Shown one piece after another: positions 51,310 through 63,835 of a stretch of 64,000 bases of DNA. Position 1 is the first letter of the stretch, and every line of letters begins with the position of its first letter. Under the pieces are notes generated by a model, which had not been told where the DNA came from, made no database searches, and saw only the letters and a program-made list of their open reading frames with translations. Both the position numbers and the translations under genes were made by a program. Source of the stretch: Mobula hypostoma (Eukaryota); the NCBI RefSeq assembly GCF_963921235.1, contig NC_086097.1:73472001-73536000 (forward strand), written 5' to 3'.

Positions 51310-53638
51310 ATGGATTCCTGTCACAGTATGTTGACAGGCCGACTAGGGGGAATGCCATACCAGATCTAGTATTAGAAAACAAACCGGGTCAGGTCACAGA
51401 TCTCTCAGTGGGTGAGCATCTGGGGGACAGTGACCACCACTCCCTGGCCTTCAGCATTATCATGGAAAAGGATAGAATCAGAGAGAACAGGAAAATTTTT
51501 TTACTTGGGGAAGGGCAAATTATGAATCTATAAGGCTAGAACTTGCAGGTGTGAATTGGGATGATGATTTTGCAGGGAAATGTACTATGGGCATGTGGTC
51601 GATGTTTAGAGATCTCTTGCAGGATTTTTAGTGATAAATTTGTCCCGGTGAGGAAGATAAAGAATGGTAGGGTGAAGGAACCATGTGTGACAAGTGAGGT
51701 GGACAATCTAGTCAGGTGGAAGAAAGCAGCATACATGAGATTTAGGAAGCAAGGATCAGATGGGTCTATTAAGGAATATAGGGTAGCAAGAAAGGAGCTT
51801 AAGAAGGGGCTGAGAAGATCAAGAAGGGGGCATGAGAAGGCCTTGGCGAGTAGGGTAAAGGAAAACCCCAAGGCATTCTTCAATTATGTGAAGAACAAAG
51901 GGATGACAGGAGTGAAGGCAGGACCGATTAGAGATAAAGGTGGGAAGATGTGCCTGGAAGCTGTGAAAGTGAGCGAGGCCCTCAGTGAATACTTCTCTTC
52001 GGTATTCACCAATGAGAGGGAACTTGATGACGGTGAGGACAATATGAGTGAGGCTGATGTTCTGGAGCATGTTGATATTATGGCAGAGGAGGTGTTGGAG
52101 TTATTGAAATACATTAGGATGGATAAGTCCCCGGGGCCTGACGGAATACTCCCCAGGCTGCTCCACGAGGTGAGGGAAGAGATTGCTGAGCCTCTGGCTA
52201 GGATCTATATGTCCTCATTGTCTATGGGAATGGTACCGGAGGATTGGAGGGAGGCGAATGTTGTCCCCTTGTTCGAAAAAGGTAGTAGGGATAGTCCAGT
52301 AAGCCTTAGGTCTGTGGTGTGAAAGCTGTTGGAAAAGTTTCTTAGAGATAGGATCAATGGGCATTTAGAGAATCATGGTCTGATCAGGGACAGTCAGCAT
52401 GGCTTTGTGATGGCCAGATCGTGTCTAACAAGCCTGAGGGTTGTTTGAGGAAGTGACTAGGCATATAGATGAGGGTAGTGCAGTGGATGTGATCTATATG
52501 GATTTTAGTAAGGCTTTTGACAAGGTTCCACACGGCAGGCTTATTCAGAAAGTCAGAAGGCATGGGATCCAGGGAAGTTTGGCCAGCTGGATTCAGAATT
52601 GGCTTGCCTGCAGAAGGCAGAGGGTTGTGGTGGAGGGAGTACATTTAGATTGGAGGGTTGTGACTAGTAGCGTCCCAGAAAGATCAGTTCTGGGACCTCT
52701 ACTTTTCGTGACTTTTATTAACGACCTGAACGTGGGGGTAGAAGGGTGGGTTGGCAAGTTTGCAGACGACACAAAGGTTGGTGGTGTTGTAGATAGTGTA
52801 GAGGATTGTCAAAGATTGCAGAGAGACATTGATAGGTTGCAGAAGTGGGCTGAGAAGTGGCAGATGGAGTTCAACCCAGAGAAGTGTGAGGTGGTACACT
52901 TTGGAAGGACAAACTCCAAGGCAGAGTACAAAGTAAATGGCAGGATACTTGGTAGTGTGGAAGAAAAGAGGGATCTGGGGATACATGTCCACAGATCCCT
53001 GAAAGTTGCCTCACAGGTAGATAGGGTAGTTAAGAAAGCTTATGGGGCGTTAGCTTTCTTAAGTCGAGGGCTAGAGTTTAAGAGTCGCGAGGTAATAATG
53101 CAGCTCTATAAAACTCCGATTAGGCCACACTTGGAGTTCTGGTCGCCTCACTATAGGAAGGATGTGGAAGCATTGGAAAAGGTGCAGAGGAGATTTACCA
53201 GGATGCTTCCTGGTTTAAAGTGTATCGATTAAGATCAGAGATTAAGGGAGCTAGGGCTTTACTGTTTGGAGAGAAGGAGGATGAGCGGAGACATGATAGA
53301 GGTATACAAGATATTAAGAGGAATAGATAGAGTGGATAGCCAGCGCCCCTTTCCCAGGGCACCACTGCTCAATACAAGAGGACATGGCTTTAAGGTAAGG
53401 CATGGGAAGTTCAAGGGGGATACTAGAGGAAGGTTTTTTACTCAGAGAGTGGTTGGTGCGTGGAATACACTGCCTGAGTCAATGGTGGAGGCAGATACAC
53501 TAGTGAAATTTAAGAGACTACTAGACAGATATATGAAGGAATTTGAAGTGGGGGGTTATATGGGAGGCGGGTTTTGAGGGTCGGCACAACAATGTGGGCC
53601 GAAGGGCCTGTACTGTGCTCTACTATTCTATGTTCTAT
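51310..53638 (+). mobile_element. 5'-truncated CR1 inserted in the Tc1 transposase
   Basis: LGDSDH, KSPGPDG, YMDFSKAFDKV, FADD, FFTQRVVGAWN; tail ctattctatgttctat; Tc1 sequence resumes at gaacatt (53639). Confidence 0.95.
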
Positions 53639-54129
53639 GAACATTTACTGGTAGAGGGAAAAATGAATTCAATTAAATACCAGCAAATTCTGGAAGCAAA
53701 CATTACACTGTCTGTAAAAAAGCTGAAGATGAAAAAGAGGATGGCTTCTACAACAGGATAATGAACCTAATCACACCTCAAAATCCACAATGGACTACCT
53801 CAAGAGGTGCAAGCTGAAGGTTTTGCCATGGCCCTCACAGTCCCCTGATTTAAACATCATCGAGAATCTGTGGATAGACCTCAAAAGAGCAGTCCATGCA
53901 AGGCGGCCCAAGAATCTCACAGAACTAGAAGACTTTTGCAAGGAAGAATGGGCGAAAATCCTCCAAACAAGAATTGAAAGACTCTTATCTGGCTACAAAA
54001 AGCATTTGCAAGCTGTGATACTTGCCAAAGGGGGTGTTACTAAGTACTGCCATGCAGGGTGCCCAAACTTCTGCTTTGGGCCCTTTTCCTTTTTCGTTAT
54101 TTTGAAACTGTACAAGATGAAAATAAAAA

Positions 54130-56376
54130 ACACAAAATACTCCGCAGATGCTGGGATCAAAACAATACTCACAACAGCTGGAGGAACTCAGAAGGTCTGG
54201 TAGCATCCGTAGAAACGATCAATCAACTTTTCGGGCCGGAACCCTTCGTCAGGACTGAAGAGGGAAGGGGCAGAGGCCCTATAAAGAAGGTGGGGGGAGG
54301 GTGGGAAGGAGAAGGCTGGTAGGTTCCATGTGAAAAACCATAAGGGGAAATTAAAGGGGTGGGGAAGGGGAAGCAGGGAGGTGATAGGCAGGAATGGTGA
54401 AGAAGGAATAGAGGAAAACAAAATAGGTAGTAGAAGGAGGCGGAACCATGAGGGAGGTGGTAGGCAGCTGGGGGAGGGGGCAGAGTGAAATAGAGATAGA
54501 GGAAGGTAGGGGGAGGGAATTACCGGAAGGTGGAGAATTCTACGTTCATACCAAGGGGCTGGAGGCTACCCAGACGGTATATGAGGTGTTGCTCCTCCAA
54601 CCTGAGTTTAGCCTCATCATGGCAGTAGAGGAGGCCATGTATGGACATATCTGAATGGGAGTGGGAAGCAGAGTTGAAGTGGGTGGCTACCGGGAGATCC
54701 TGTCTGTTGTGGCGGACGGAGTGGAGGTGCTTGACAAAGCGGTCCCCCAATCTGCGTTGGGTTTTACCGATGTAGAGAAGGCCATATCGGGAGCACCGGA
54801 TGCAACAGGTGACCCCAACAGACTCACAAGTGAAGTGTTGCTTCACCTGGAAGGACTGTTTGGGGCCCTGAATGGTGGCAAGAGAGGAGGTGTAGGGACA
54901 GGTGTAGCACTTACGCTTACAGGGATAAGTGCCTGGTGGGAGATCCGTGGGGAGGGACGTGTGGATCAGGGAGTCGCAGAGGGACCGATCCCTGCAAAAA
55001 GCGGAGAGGGAAAGATGTGCTTAGTGGTGGGGTTCTGTTGAAGGTGACGGAAGTTGCGGAGGATAATGTGCTGGATCTGGAGGCTGGTGGGGTGGTAGGT
55101 GAGGACAAGGGGAACTCTGTCCCTGTTGTGGTGGTGGGAGGATGGGGTGAGGGCTGAAGTGCGGGAAATGGAAGAGATGTGGGTGAGGGCATCATTGATG
55201 ACGGCAGAAGGGAAACCACGATCCTTAAAGAAAGAGGACATTTGAGATGCCCTGGAACGAAAAGCCTCATCCTGGGAGCAGATGCGGCAGAGACGGAGGA
55301 ACTGGGAATAGGGAATAGCATTTTTGCATGTGGCAGGGTGGGAAGAAGTATAGTCCAAGGTAGTTATGAGAGTCAGTAGGCTTGTAGAAGATGTCAGTGG
55401 ACAGTCTGTCTCCAGAGCAGGAGACTGAGAGATTGAGAAAGGGGAGAGAAGTGTCCGAGATGGACCAAGTGAATTTGAGGGTTGGGTGGAAGTTTGAAGT
55501 AAAGTCGATGAAATTGATGAGCTCAGCATGGGTGCAGGAAGCAGCACCAATGTAGTCGTCAATGTACCGAAGGAAAAGTTGGGGAGCAGTACCAAAATAG
55601 GTTTGGAGCACAGACTGTTCCACACAACCAACGAAGAGGCAGGCATAGCTGGGGCCCATGTGAGTTCCCATAGCTACACCCTTAGTCTGAAGAAAGTGGG
55701 AAGAGCCAAAAGAGAAGTTATTAAGTGTGAGTACCAGTTCCGCCAACCAGAGGAGGGTAGTCGTGATGGGGAACTAGTTGAGGTCTATTGTCCAGAAAGT
55801 AGCAAAGGGCTTTGAGGCCTTCTTGATGGGGAATGGAAGTGTATAAGGATTGGACATTCATAGTGAAAATGAAGCCTTCGGGACCGGGGAACTGGAAGTT
55901 ATTGAAGAAGTGGAGGGCATGGGATGTATCCCGGATGTAAGTGGGGAGGGACTGAACTATGGGTGACAAAATGGAGTCCAGGTAAGCAGATACAAATTCG
56001 GTGGGACAGGAGCAGGAAGAAACTATGGGTCTACTGGGACAGTCAGGCTTGTGGATCTTGGAGAGGAGGTAAAACGGGGTGTGGGAATTATGAGTTTAGC
56101 GGTTGAGGATGGAAGGTCTCTGGAGTTGATGAGGGCAGTGATGGTACGGGAGACGATGGTTTGATGTTTTTTGGTGGGGTCCTGTTCCAGGGGTAAGTAA
56201 GAGGAGGTGTCAGAGAGCTGCCATTTGGCCTCAGTGAGGTAGAGGTCCGTCTGTCAGACTACTACTGCACCACCTTTGTCAGCCGGTTTGATGGTGAGGT
56301 TGGGATTAGTGCAGAGAGTGGAGGGCAGCGGGTTCGGAGGGAGTGAGGTCGGAACAGGAGAGAGGAGTGGTGAAGT
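54130..56376 (-). mobile_element. 5'-truncated Penelope-like element (Neptune type; RT plus GIY-YIG)
   Basis: SLYTSIPH, GVAMGTHMGPSYA, RYIDD, linker GTYPCKRKCYTCP, GIY-YIG (CIRCSR..LYIGKTQRRLGDRF.KH); 12-bp duplication TGAAAATAAAAA at 54118-54129 and 56377-56388. Confidence 0.95.
54220..54257 (-). ncRNA. Minimal type I hammerhead ribozyme motif, stem III altered
   Basis: CAGTC-CTGACGA-AGGG-TTCCGG-CCC-GAAA-AGTT-GATTG. Confidence 0.65.
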
Positions 56377-59300
56377 TGAAAATAAAAAGGTTTCTTTGCT
56401 TAAAATATTTAAGAAATGTGTCATCTTTAACGTTATGCCTTTTGGAAATCAGTTCATCGTTTACTCACTTAGCTATTTACAGTAACAGAAACTTTGACAA
56501 GGGGTGCCCAAACTTTTGTATGCCACTGTATGTAAGTCCTGCTTGTCAATGACATGTCCACAATATTTGATTTCATTCATGAAAAACTCTCATTTCTCTC
56601 TTTGTGCGCAGGCTACACTTACTCAGCCTGGTAAGCATTTTACCAAGGCTCTGGGAGTGCTCTACATCATTTTTGCCAGTCACAATGATGTCATCAAGGT
56701 AACATTGTGTCCCTGGGATACCTTGGAGCACATGGTCCATTGCTCTTTGCCAATTTGATGGAGCTGATGTGATGCCAAAGACGAGACAATTATTCTGGAA
56801 CAGTCCCTTGTGAATGTTGATTGTGAGGAATTTCCTGCTCGACTCCTCAATCTCCATTTGCAGATAGGTTTGTGACAAGTTATCCCTGCCTGCCAACAAT
56901 GAAAAAATGACTTCTGTTCATGGTAGAGGATACTGCACAGTACGTGGCACAGGGTTGATGCTCACTTTGAAGTCCCCACATATGTGAACAGCTCTGACCT
57001 TCCCTTTCTTGATCACCAAGACACTGGGCATAGCCGAATCACTCCACTCTGGAGAGAATGCCAGACACCTCCAAGCTCTGAAGTGCAGTATCCACTTTAG
57101 AACATAGTGTGTTTGCCACTGGATGTACTTTACGGAATCTTGGTGTTGCTGTTTCATTCAATTCAATTCTGGCCTTCATGCCTTTGAGTTTACCAATACC
57201 CTTCTCAAACACCTTCTCATTAGTATTAAGCAGCTGTGACAGTCTCTGGTCAGCGCTACCATTTGGGCTGCAGTTGCCTGTTGATGACACATTGACAGCT
57301 TTGATTGTGTGCCAGTCCAGTTGGATTCTTCTCAACCATTCACGTCCAGAAAGTACTGGCCTTTTACTTTTCAATTCATAAAGCTGTAACTGCTGTGTTT
57401 GGCCTCTATGTCACATACACTTTCGGTTTGCCTTTGGGGGACACTTTTTCATCTGTGTAGGTCTTTAGCATCACCAAGGTCTTTTCTAATGGTAACTTAG
57501 AAAGGAGTCTGCTGTAATCAGCCTCTGAAATTACAAACAAAGCTAACCCTGTAACCAGCTCCATTTTCAGTTTTACACCAGACACATCTGTTGTGATCCG
57601 TATGATTTTGTGATCATCATCAGTGATGCTATATAGTTATAGGTATGACAACTCACCTTTGTAGAACTCTGTTGTCCAATTCAGTTTCACATTCAGTCAC
57701 ACATTGTCATTTTATACATTTGTTTAGTTTTGTGTTTGAAACTTTTCACTCTGTGTGGTTCTTCTCCTTGGTTGTGCTTTTTTATCTAACTTGCACACTC
57801 TCTATGGGGCCTTGTCTGTAACACCTTTTGCAAACTTTTTCTTTGAACCAACAGGCATTTGCATCATGGGAGGACCTGCCACATCGATAACATTTTTGGC
57901 ATTTTGCACCTTTCAGGTACATTTTGTGTGTTTCACCTTCAAAACTTTTTTTTGTAATTCTGCCACATCCTTTTCTGCCATCTCTAATGATATTGCAACG
58001 GCCAATGCCCTTTCTAAGGTTAGGTCTCTTTCTGCCAATAGCCTCTTTTAAGTGCTTTGACTATGCACGCTACATACAAGCCAGTCCCTTAATGCATCAG
58101 AAAGTCCATTTCTGAAGTCACAGTATTGGAAAAGTTTGCGCAGTCCTGCAATGTATTCTGAAATGCTTTCATCCTTTGACTGGTTCCTTTCGTGAAATCT
58201 AAATTTCTCAGCTATTATTACTGGTCTGGGGCTCAAGTGATTTTCAAAATTACAACAGTTTCATCAAACGTCTTGCTTGCTGCTCTTTGGGAGTTAATAA
58301 TGTACATAAGAGACTGTACATTCTAGCACCCATGAAGCAAAGAATTGTGGAGACTCTCTTTGCCTCATCCACATCATTAGCATTACAAAAGAGTTCAACC
58401 CTCTCAATATACAATTTTCAGTCCTCATTAGCACTATCAAATTTGACAACTTTCCCGACCAAGGCCACTATCACTTTATTTTTACATTAGCTTTGCTAGT
58501 TGTGCATCTCTTCCTGTGTACTGTGCACTGTTACTCATGTGTCCTTTCCTAGCATCCATAACCACCTTTTCTGTCACTATACTAGTTCACTCTCCCCTCT
58601 TGCTGTCTCTCTCCCTTCCTCCGAGTTCTGTTGTCACATAGACATCTGTGCAGGTGGTGATATAGGTGACATTCAGGTTCATACTCATCAGAAATTTCTT
58701 GTGTCAGTGTAACTACACATCAAATAAATACAGGCACACACTCAGAGAAGTTAACTGGTATATTCACTTTGCAGAGAGAGCAACAAATCAATGCACATGC
58801 AAAAGCTATCAGTCAATAGTGCTAAAGGGAGTCATTGTGCTGAAAGAAATTGATCCATATGTTACAGACATCAAGTACAAAATGTCTCCAACTGCATTTC
58901 AAATCTGATCAAAGCTTTGAAGATAACTAAATTCAACAATTATCATTTTTGATTGGAAGCCAATAGTATGGAAAGCCCTTTCAAAATAATTCACTTAAGT
59001 GGAAAAAGTATTCATTATTTGCCACTCTTGGTGTTTTGTCTATTATTTCCCCTTTGGGAATGTGTGATGGGATCAGAGGGAGGATCACGTGGTAGGAGGC
59101 AAAAGGAGAGCGAGGAAAGGCTGGCTGGAGAAAAAGAGTTGAAGGAGGAACATGGACTATCAGCCTGAAGTTGAAGGAGAGAACAGAGCTAAGTGTAAGT
59201 TTACCGTATACATGTATACCACCATATGAAACAATGTTCCTCTGGACCAAGGTTAACAACACAGTACATATGACTCACACATGACAAAGTAATATTACTA

Positions 59301-60189
59301 CAAATAAATAAATAATAAAATCTATTAAATTAAACCTGGGTTAGCTTCTCTAAACACCAGTGGAGTCCCGCAATTCATAGTATAGGACTTGGCAAATCCA
59401 TTTCTTTCTCTTGACTCTATTCAGCACCTTCCTATAAATACATCTAAAAATGAGGAAAACTGCAGGGACACACGCATCTCACCCATACTTTAAGAAAGTA
59501 TCAAAAAAAAAAGAACACTATTAGACTATAAGGCCCCTGCACGCTACTCAGGCTTTTAAGTAATAGCGATTCTGGTCTTTGACCTCAATTCCACAATATG
59601 GCCCGTCCTCATAACCTTGATTGTCCTACAATCTAAAAGCTTGTCTCAGCTTTTCTTACTCATAATGCACCATGTTCTTGCCCTTTCTAATACCTTAATA
59701 CTCCAAATGGACCAAAACATAATAAATTACTTGACTAAAAGTAAAAATAACTCAACTATCAGGTTATCAGGGCATTCGCAAAAGCTACAGTGATATTATT
59801 TAAGGTCATCATTACTATTAGTCTAATGCTCATCCACTTAAAAGCACAAGGCCACAGTTAAAATTATGAAAGCTAACGGAAAAAGTTAACTAAATCAGGT
59901 TGCCAGATAAGACTGACTGAGGTTATTCTGACATGTGCTACCTATCCTAACATACAGTTCGCTTTACATCTCATTTTCTTTCTTGCTCCTTAATCACCAC
60001 AAAACATTCTTCTTCATTATACCAATAAACATCCCAATCCGCTCAGCAAAACACACACCAACTTGAGTCAAGAAAATTATTTCAATTTAACAGCTTGGTC
60101 TTAACCAAATGTGATCACCTGGTGAAATTTAATAATTTCATGTGACAGTATCTACTGCATTACTAAGCGGTACAACAAGCTGTTTCCTG

Positions 60190-60582
60190 AGCAAACTAGG
60201 ACTTTTCTCTTTGGAGTGATGGAGGATGAGAGGAAATTTGATAGAGGTGTACAAGATAAGAGGCACAGACAGCCAGAGTCTTTTCCCCAGGGTGGAAATT
60301 GCTAATACAAGGGGGCATAATTTTAAGGTGTTTGGAGGAAAGTACAGGTACTTTTTATTTATTATTTGTTTTTACACAGAAAGTGGTGGGTGCAAGGAAC
60401 ACCCCTGCTAGGGTTGTTGGTTGAGGCAGATACATTTGGAGCATTTTAGAAATTCTTAGATCAGCACACGGATGATAGAAAAATATATCGGAGGGAAGGG
60501 TTAAATTGATCCTAGAGTAGGTTAAAAAGTTTGCCCAACATCGTGGATTGAAGGGCCTATATTGTGCTGTACTATGTTCTAA
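60190..60582 (+). mobile_element. CR1 3' fragment
   Basis: MRGNLIEVYKI...TRGHNFKV and CR1 3' UTR ending tactatgttcta. Confidence 0.85.
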
Positions 60583-61407
60583 CACAAGAATTGCATCTAA
60601 TTCCTGAGAATGAACATTAAATGATGTCCAAAATCAGATCCCTGCTCTTAGGACAGCGAGATGATGGGAGACTGTTGCAGCACCAGTCCACTAAATTTCA
60701 ACAAATGCTAAAATATTACATTTTGTTTTGAATTAATGATTGAAGTACTGCTGGCAAGGTCATTATGATATCCTCCAAATATTAACGAATTACCTTCAAG
60801 GCACTACATGGTGAGTTAGCACTTTAGCCAGGGTTTGTTTGGTGTTGGTGTCACATTTGGCCCAGACTCAAAGACTCTCCCCTAAAGGATATTATTAAAC
60901 CTTTGCAACTTTCGGACCATTTAATCACCATGATTACTTCAACTGATTGCACTCTGCATTAGCCCTTGCTCTATATCCTGTGGGAATTGATCTTTTCTTC
61001 AGCCTACTTCACGAGAGTGCGTTTTGAAGTACAATGGTTCTGCTCCAACACTTCCTACGCAACAAAGTGCTTTACTGCCCATCTCCATTCACAAGACCAT
61101 AAGACACAGGAGTGGATTGAGGCCATTCGGCCCATTAAGTCTGCTCCATTCATGGCTGATTTACACCTCCCAACCCCAAATTCCTGCCTTCTCCCTGTAA
61201 CCTTTGCACCCTGACTAATCAAGAACCTATTAACCTCCACTTTAAATTTCTTCAATGGCATGGCCTCCATAGCCACCTGTGGCAATGAATTCCACAGATT
61301 CACCATTGTCTGGTTAGCAAAATTCCTCCTTTTCTCTATTCTAGATGGACGTCCCTCTATTTTGAGGCTGTGCCCTCTGAAGCTAGACTTACCCACTATA
61401 GGAAACA

Positions 61408-62118
61408 GCTTGGTGCTCCCGATGTGGCCTTCTATATACTGTGAGACCCGACGCAGACTGGGAGATCATTTTGCTGAACACCTACACTCTGTCCACCAGA
61501 GAAAGCAGGATCTCCCAGTGGGCACACATTTTAATTCCACGTCCCATTCCCATTCTGATATGTCTATCCATGGCCTCCTCTACTGTCAAGATGAACCCAC
61601 ACTCAGGTTGGAGGAACAACACCTTATATTCCGTCAGGGTAGCCTCCAACCTGATGGCATGAACATTGACTTCTCTAACTTCCGCTAATGCCCCACATCC
61701 CCCTCGTACCCCGTTATTTATTTATATACACACACATTCTTTCTCTCTCTCTCCTTTTTCTCCCTCTGTCCCTCTGATTATACCCCTTGGCCATCCTCAG
61801 GGTTCCCCCCCCCCCTTTTCCTTCTCCCTGGGCCTCCTATCCCATGATCCTCTCATATCCCTTTTGCCAATCACCTGTCCAGCTCTTGGCTCCATCCCTC
61901 CCCCTCCAGTCTTCTCCTATCATTTTGGATCTCCCCCTCCCCCTCCCACTTTCTAATCTCTTACTAGCTTTTCTTTCAGTTAGTCCTGACGAAGGGTCTC
62001 AGCCCGAAACGTCGACTGTACCTCTTCCTAGAGATGCTGCCTGGCCTGCTGCGTTCACCAGCAACTTTGATGTGTGTTGCTTGAATTTCCAGCATCTGCA
62101 GAATTCCTCATGTTTGCG
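61408..62118 (+). mobile_element. Penelope 3' fragment (GIY-YIG end plus terminal repeat), 10-bp target-site duplication
   Basis: YCETRRRLGDHFAEH...GMNIDFSNFR*; ATAGGAAACA at 61398-61407 and 62119-62128. Confidence 0.93.
61981..62018 (+). ncRNA. Minimal type I hammerhead ribozyme, core intact
   Basis: TAGTC-CTGACGA-A-GGG-TCTCAG-CCC-GAAA-CGTC-GACTG: stem I TAGTC/GACTG, CUGANGA and GAAA boxes, stem II GGG/CCC, palindromic ACGT stem III, GUC cleavage triplet. Confidence 0.8.
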
Positions 62119-62529
62119 ATAGGAAACAACTTCTTCACATCTACTCTATCTCGGCCTTCAATATTTGATAGGTTTCAATGAGATAACCCCCCTCCCCCCA
62201 TTCATCGAAACTCCGATGAGTACAGGCCCAGAGCCATAAAATGCTCCTAATACATTAACCCTTTCATTCCCAGAATCATTCTCATGAATTTTCTCTGGAT
62301 GCTCAGTCCACATCTGCAATCCTGAGCACCCTGATACTCAGATTCTTTCCCTATTTTCACTCTAATGTCATTCATAATGGCGCTGACGGTAACCCATTTA
62401 TGACTACTACAATTGAAATCCACATAGGTACTTAAGTAAGCAACATCATTTGAAGACGTTTTAAAAAATCTATTGATTCTTAAAAATAATAGACCCCGGA
62501 TGGTAAACTTGGGTCATGAATGCAGTTCC

Positions 62530-63835
62530 CCTTTAAGAAAATGAAAGCATAGATGCCAAGCCAGTCTGCAGGTACGACTGAAACACAGAGGCTTTAGACC
62601 CTGCACTCCTCACTATTATGTTGGCAAATGTACAGTCTCTGGAAAATAAAACTGGCCTCAGAGCAAAACTGCAGAACCAGCGGGACATCAGGGACTGCTG
62701 CCTACTTTGCTTAACAGAAAAATGTCTCAATGGTGCCACTTCAGATACAGCACTGCAGCCTGATGACTTCAACATTTTCCACAAAGACAGGGCAGCTCAA
62801 TCTTTTTAAGGTAGAGAACATGGAGCATGCTTTACGATTAACTCATCATGGTGCACAGACATGATAGAGGAAGTGGAGTATGCTTTACGATTAACTCATC
62901 ATGGTGCACAGACATGATAGAGGAAGTGGAGTATGCTTTACAATTAACTCATCATGGTGGTTCTGTCTCAGTCCTGCTCACCTGACCTGGAACATCTGGG
63001 GCTCAAGTATTGTCCATTTTATCTGCCAAGGGTGTTTTCCACTATCATTCTGGTAGCGATGTACATTCCACCTCAGACAGGCTCTGGAGAAGCTGGGCAC
63101 CAAAATCAGCATTCACTAAACAATGCAGACAGATGCCTTCCTTATCATTGCAGGGGATTTCAACCAGGCCAGCTTGAAAAAGTGTCTGAACAACTACTAC
63201 CAACATATCACCTGTGGAACCAGAGGAGCTAATACTCTTGACTACTGTTATACCACCATCAAGAACAGTTACTGTGCCATCCCACACCCACACTTTGGAA
63301 GGTCCAATAACCTGGCTGTACTTCGACTCCTATCATACAAGCAGAAATAATGGCCGCAGCACCGGTGGTGAGGATGAAGGTGGTTTGGTCAAGAGTGGAG
63401 GTGGAGTGCTTACAGGACTGCTTTCAGTCAGTAGACTGGACAATATTCGGGGACTAATCTTTGAATCTTCATCAAGACCTGTGCGGAAGAGGAAGAGGAA
63501 GTTGAGGGAATATATACCAGTCCTCACAGAGGGATCAGCAGTGGAGAGGGTGAGCAGTTCCAAGTTCTTGGGTGTTAACATCTAGGTTCAACATATTGAT
63601 GCAATTGCAAAGGCGGCGTGATAACAGGTACATTGCATTAGGAGCTTGAGGAGACTTTGAATGTCATCAATGACTTCCGCAAATTTCTACAGGCGTACAG
63701 TGGACAGCATTCTAACTGGTTGCATCACCATCTAGCATGCAGGGGCTACTGCACAGGTTCAGAAAAAAGTTGTAGAAAGTTGTCAACTCAGCCAGCTCCA
63801 TGATGGGCACTATCCTCCCCAGCATCAAGGGCATC
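62530..63835 (+). mobile_element. Internally deleted Rex1/Babar-type LINE (APE and post-RT remnants)
   Basis: LANVQSLENK, CLLCLTE, CPFYLPR..VAMYIPP, AGDFN, TLDYCYT, VERVSSSKFLGV. Confidence 0.8.
62821..62959 (+). repeat. 53-bp tandem repeat, about 2.6 copies
   Basis: Units start at 62821, 62874 and 62927 (tggagYatgctttacgattaactcatcatggtgcacagacatgatagaggaag). Confidence 0.95.

Larger units (their letters stand above)
51075..56528 (+). mobile_element. Second Tc1-like transposon (IR/DR type), 5' part lost or rearranged, split by CR1 and Penelope
   Basis: VLWTDE (inverted piece 51075-51160), YVWRK..PTVKY..MLWAC, QQDNEPNHTS, WPSQSPDLNIIENLW; ends ...CACTG|TA at 56528-56530; gggtgcccaaactt occurs twice in the right terminus. 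Confidence 0.9.
49567..58866 (-). mobile_element. Degenerate Gypsy LTR retrotransposon hosting nested insertions
   Basis: GACAT duplicated at 49562-49566 and 58867-58871; related LTRs at 49567-50199 (interrupted) and 58697-58866; polypurine tract at 50200-50215; gag (IAEKFRFHERNQ..ESISEYIA), protease-linker (LSGREWL) and RT (ICGDFK, FGITSAP, YLDDII) at 56531-58470. Confidence 0.88.
61090..62300 (-). mobile_element. CR1 3' fragment interrupted by Penelope
   Basis: RGHSLKIEGR...RNFANQTMVNLWNSLP; resumes after 62119. Confidence 0.88.

Noticed and set aside
59336..59443. 108-nt minus-strand exon-like segment; the phase-1 frame reads VFIGRC-TGA-IESRERNGFAKSYTMNCGTPLVFREANP (possible Cys-Sec) and could be an upstream exon of the SAM gene
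   Set aside because: All three frames contain stops, phase 1 cannot join the phase-2 exon at 46371, and I could not identify a SECIS element.
62821..62959. Direct repeats as a CRISPR-like array
   Set aside because: Contiguous tandem units with no unique spacers, in a eukaryotic LINE context.
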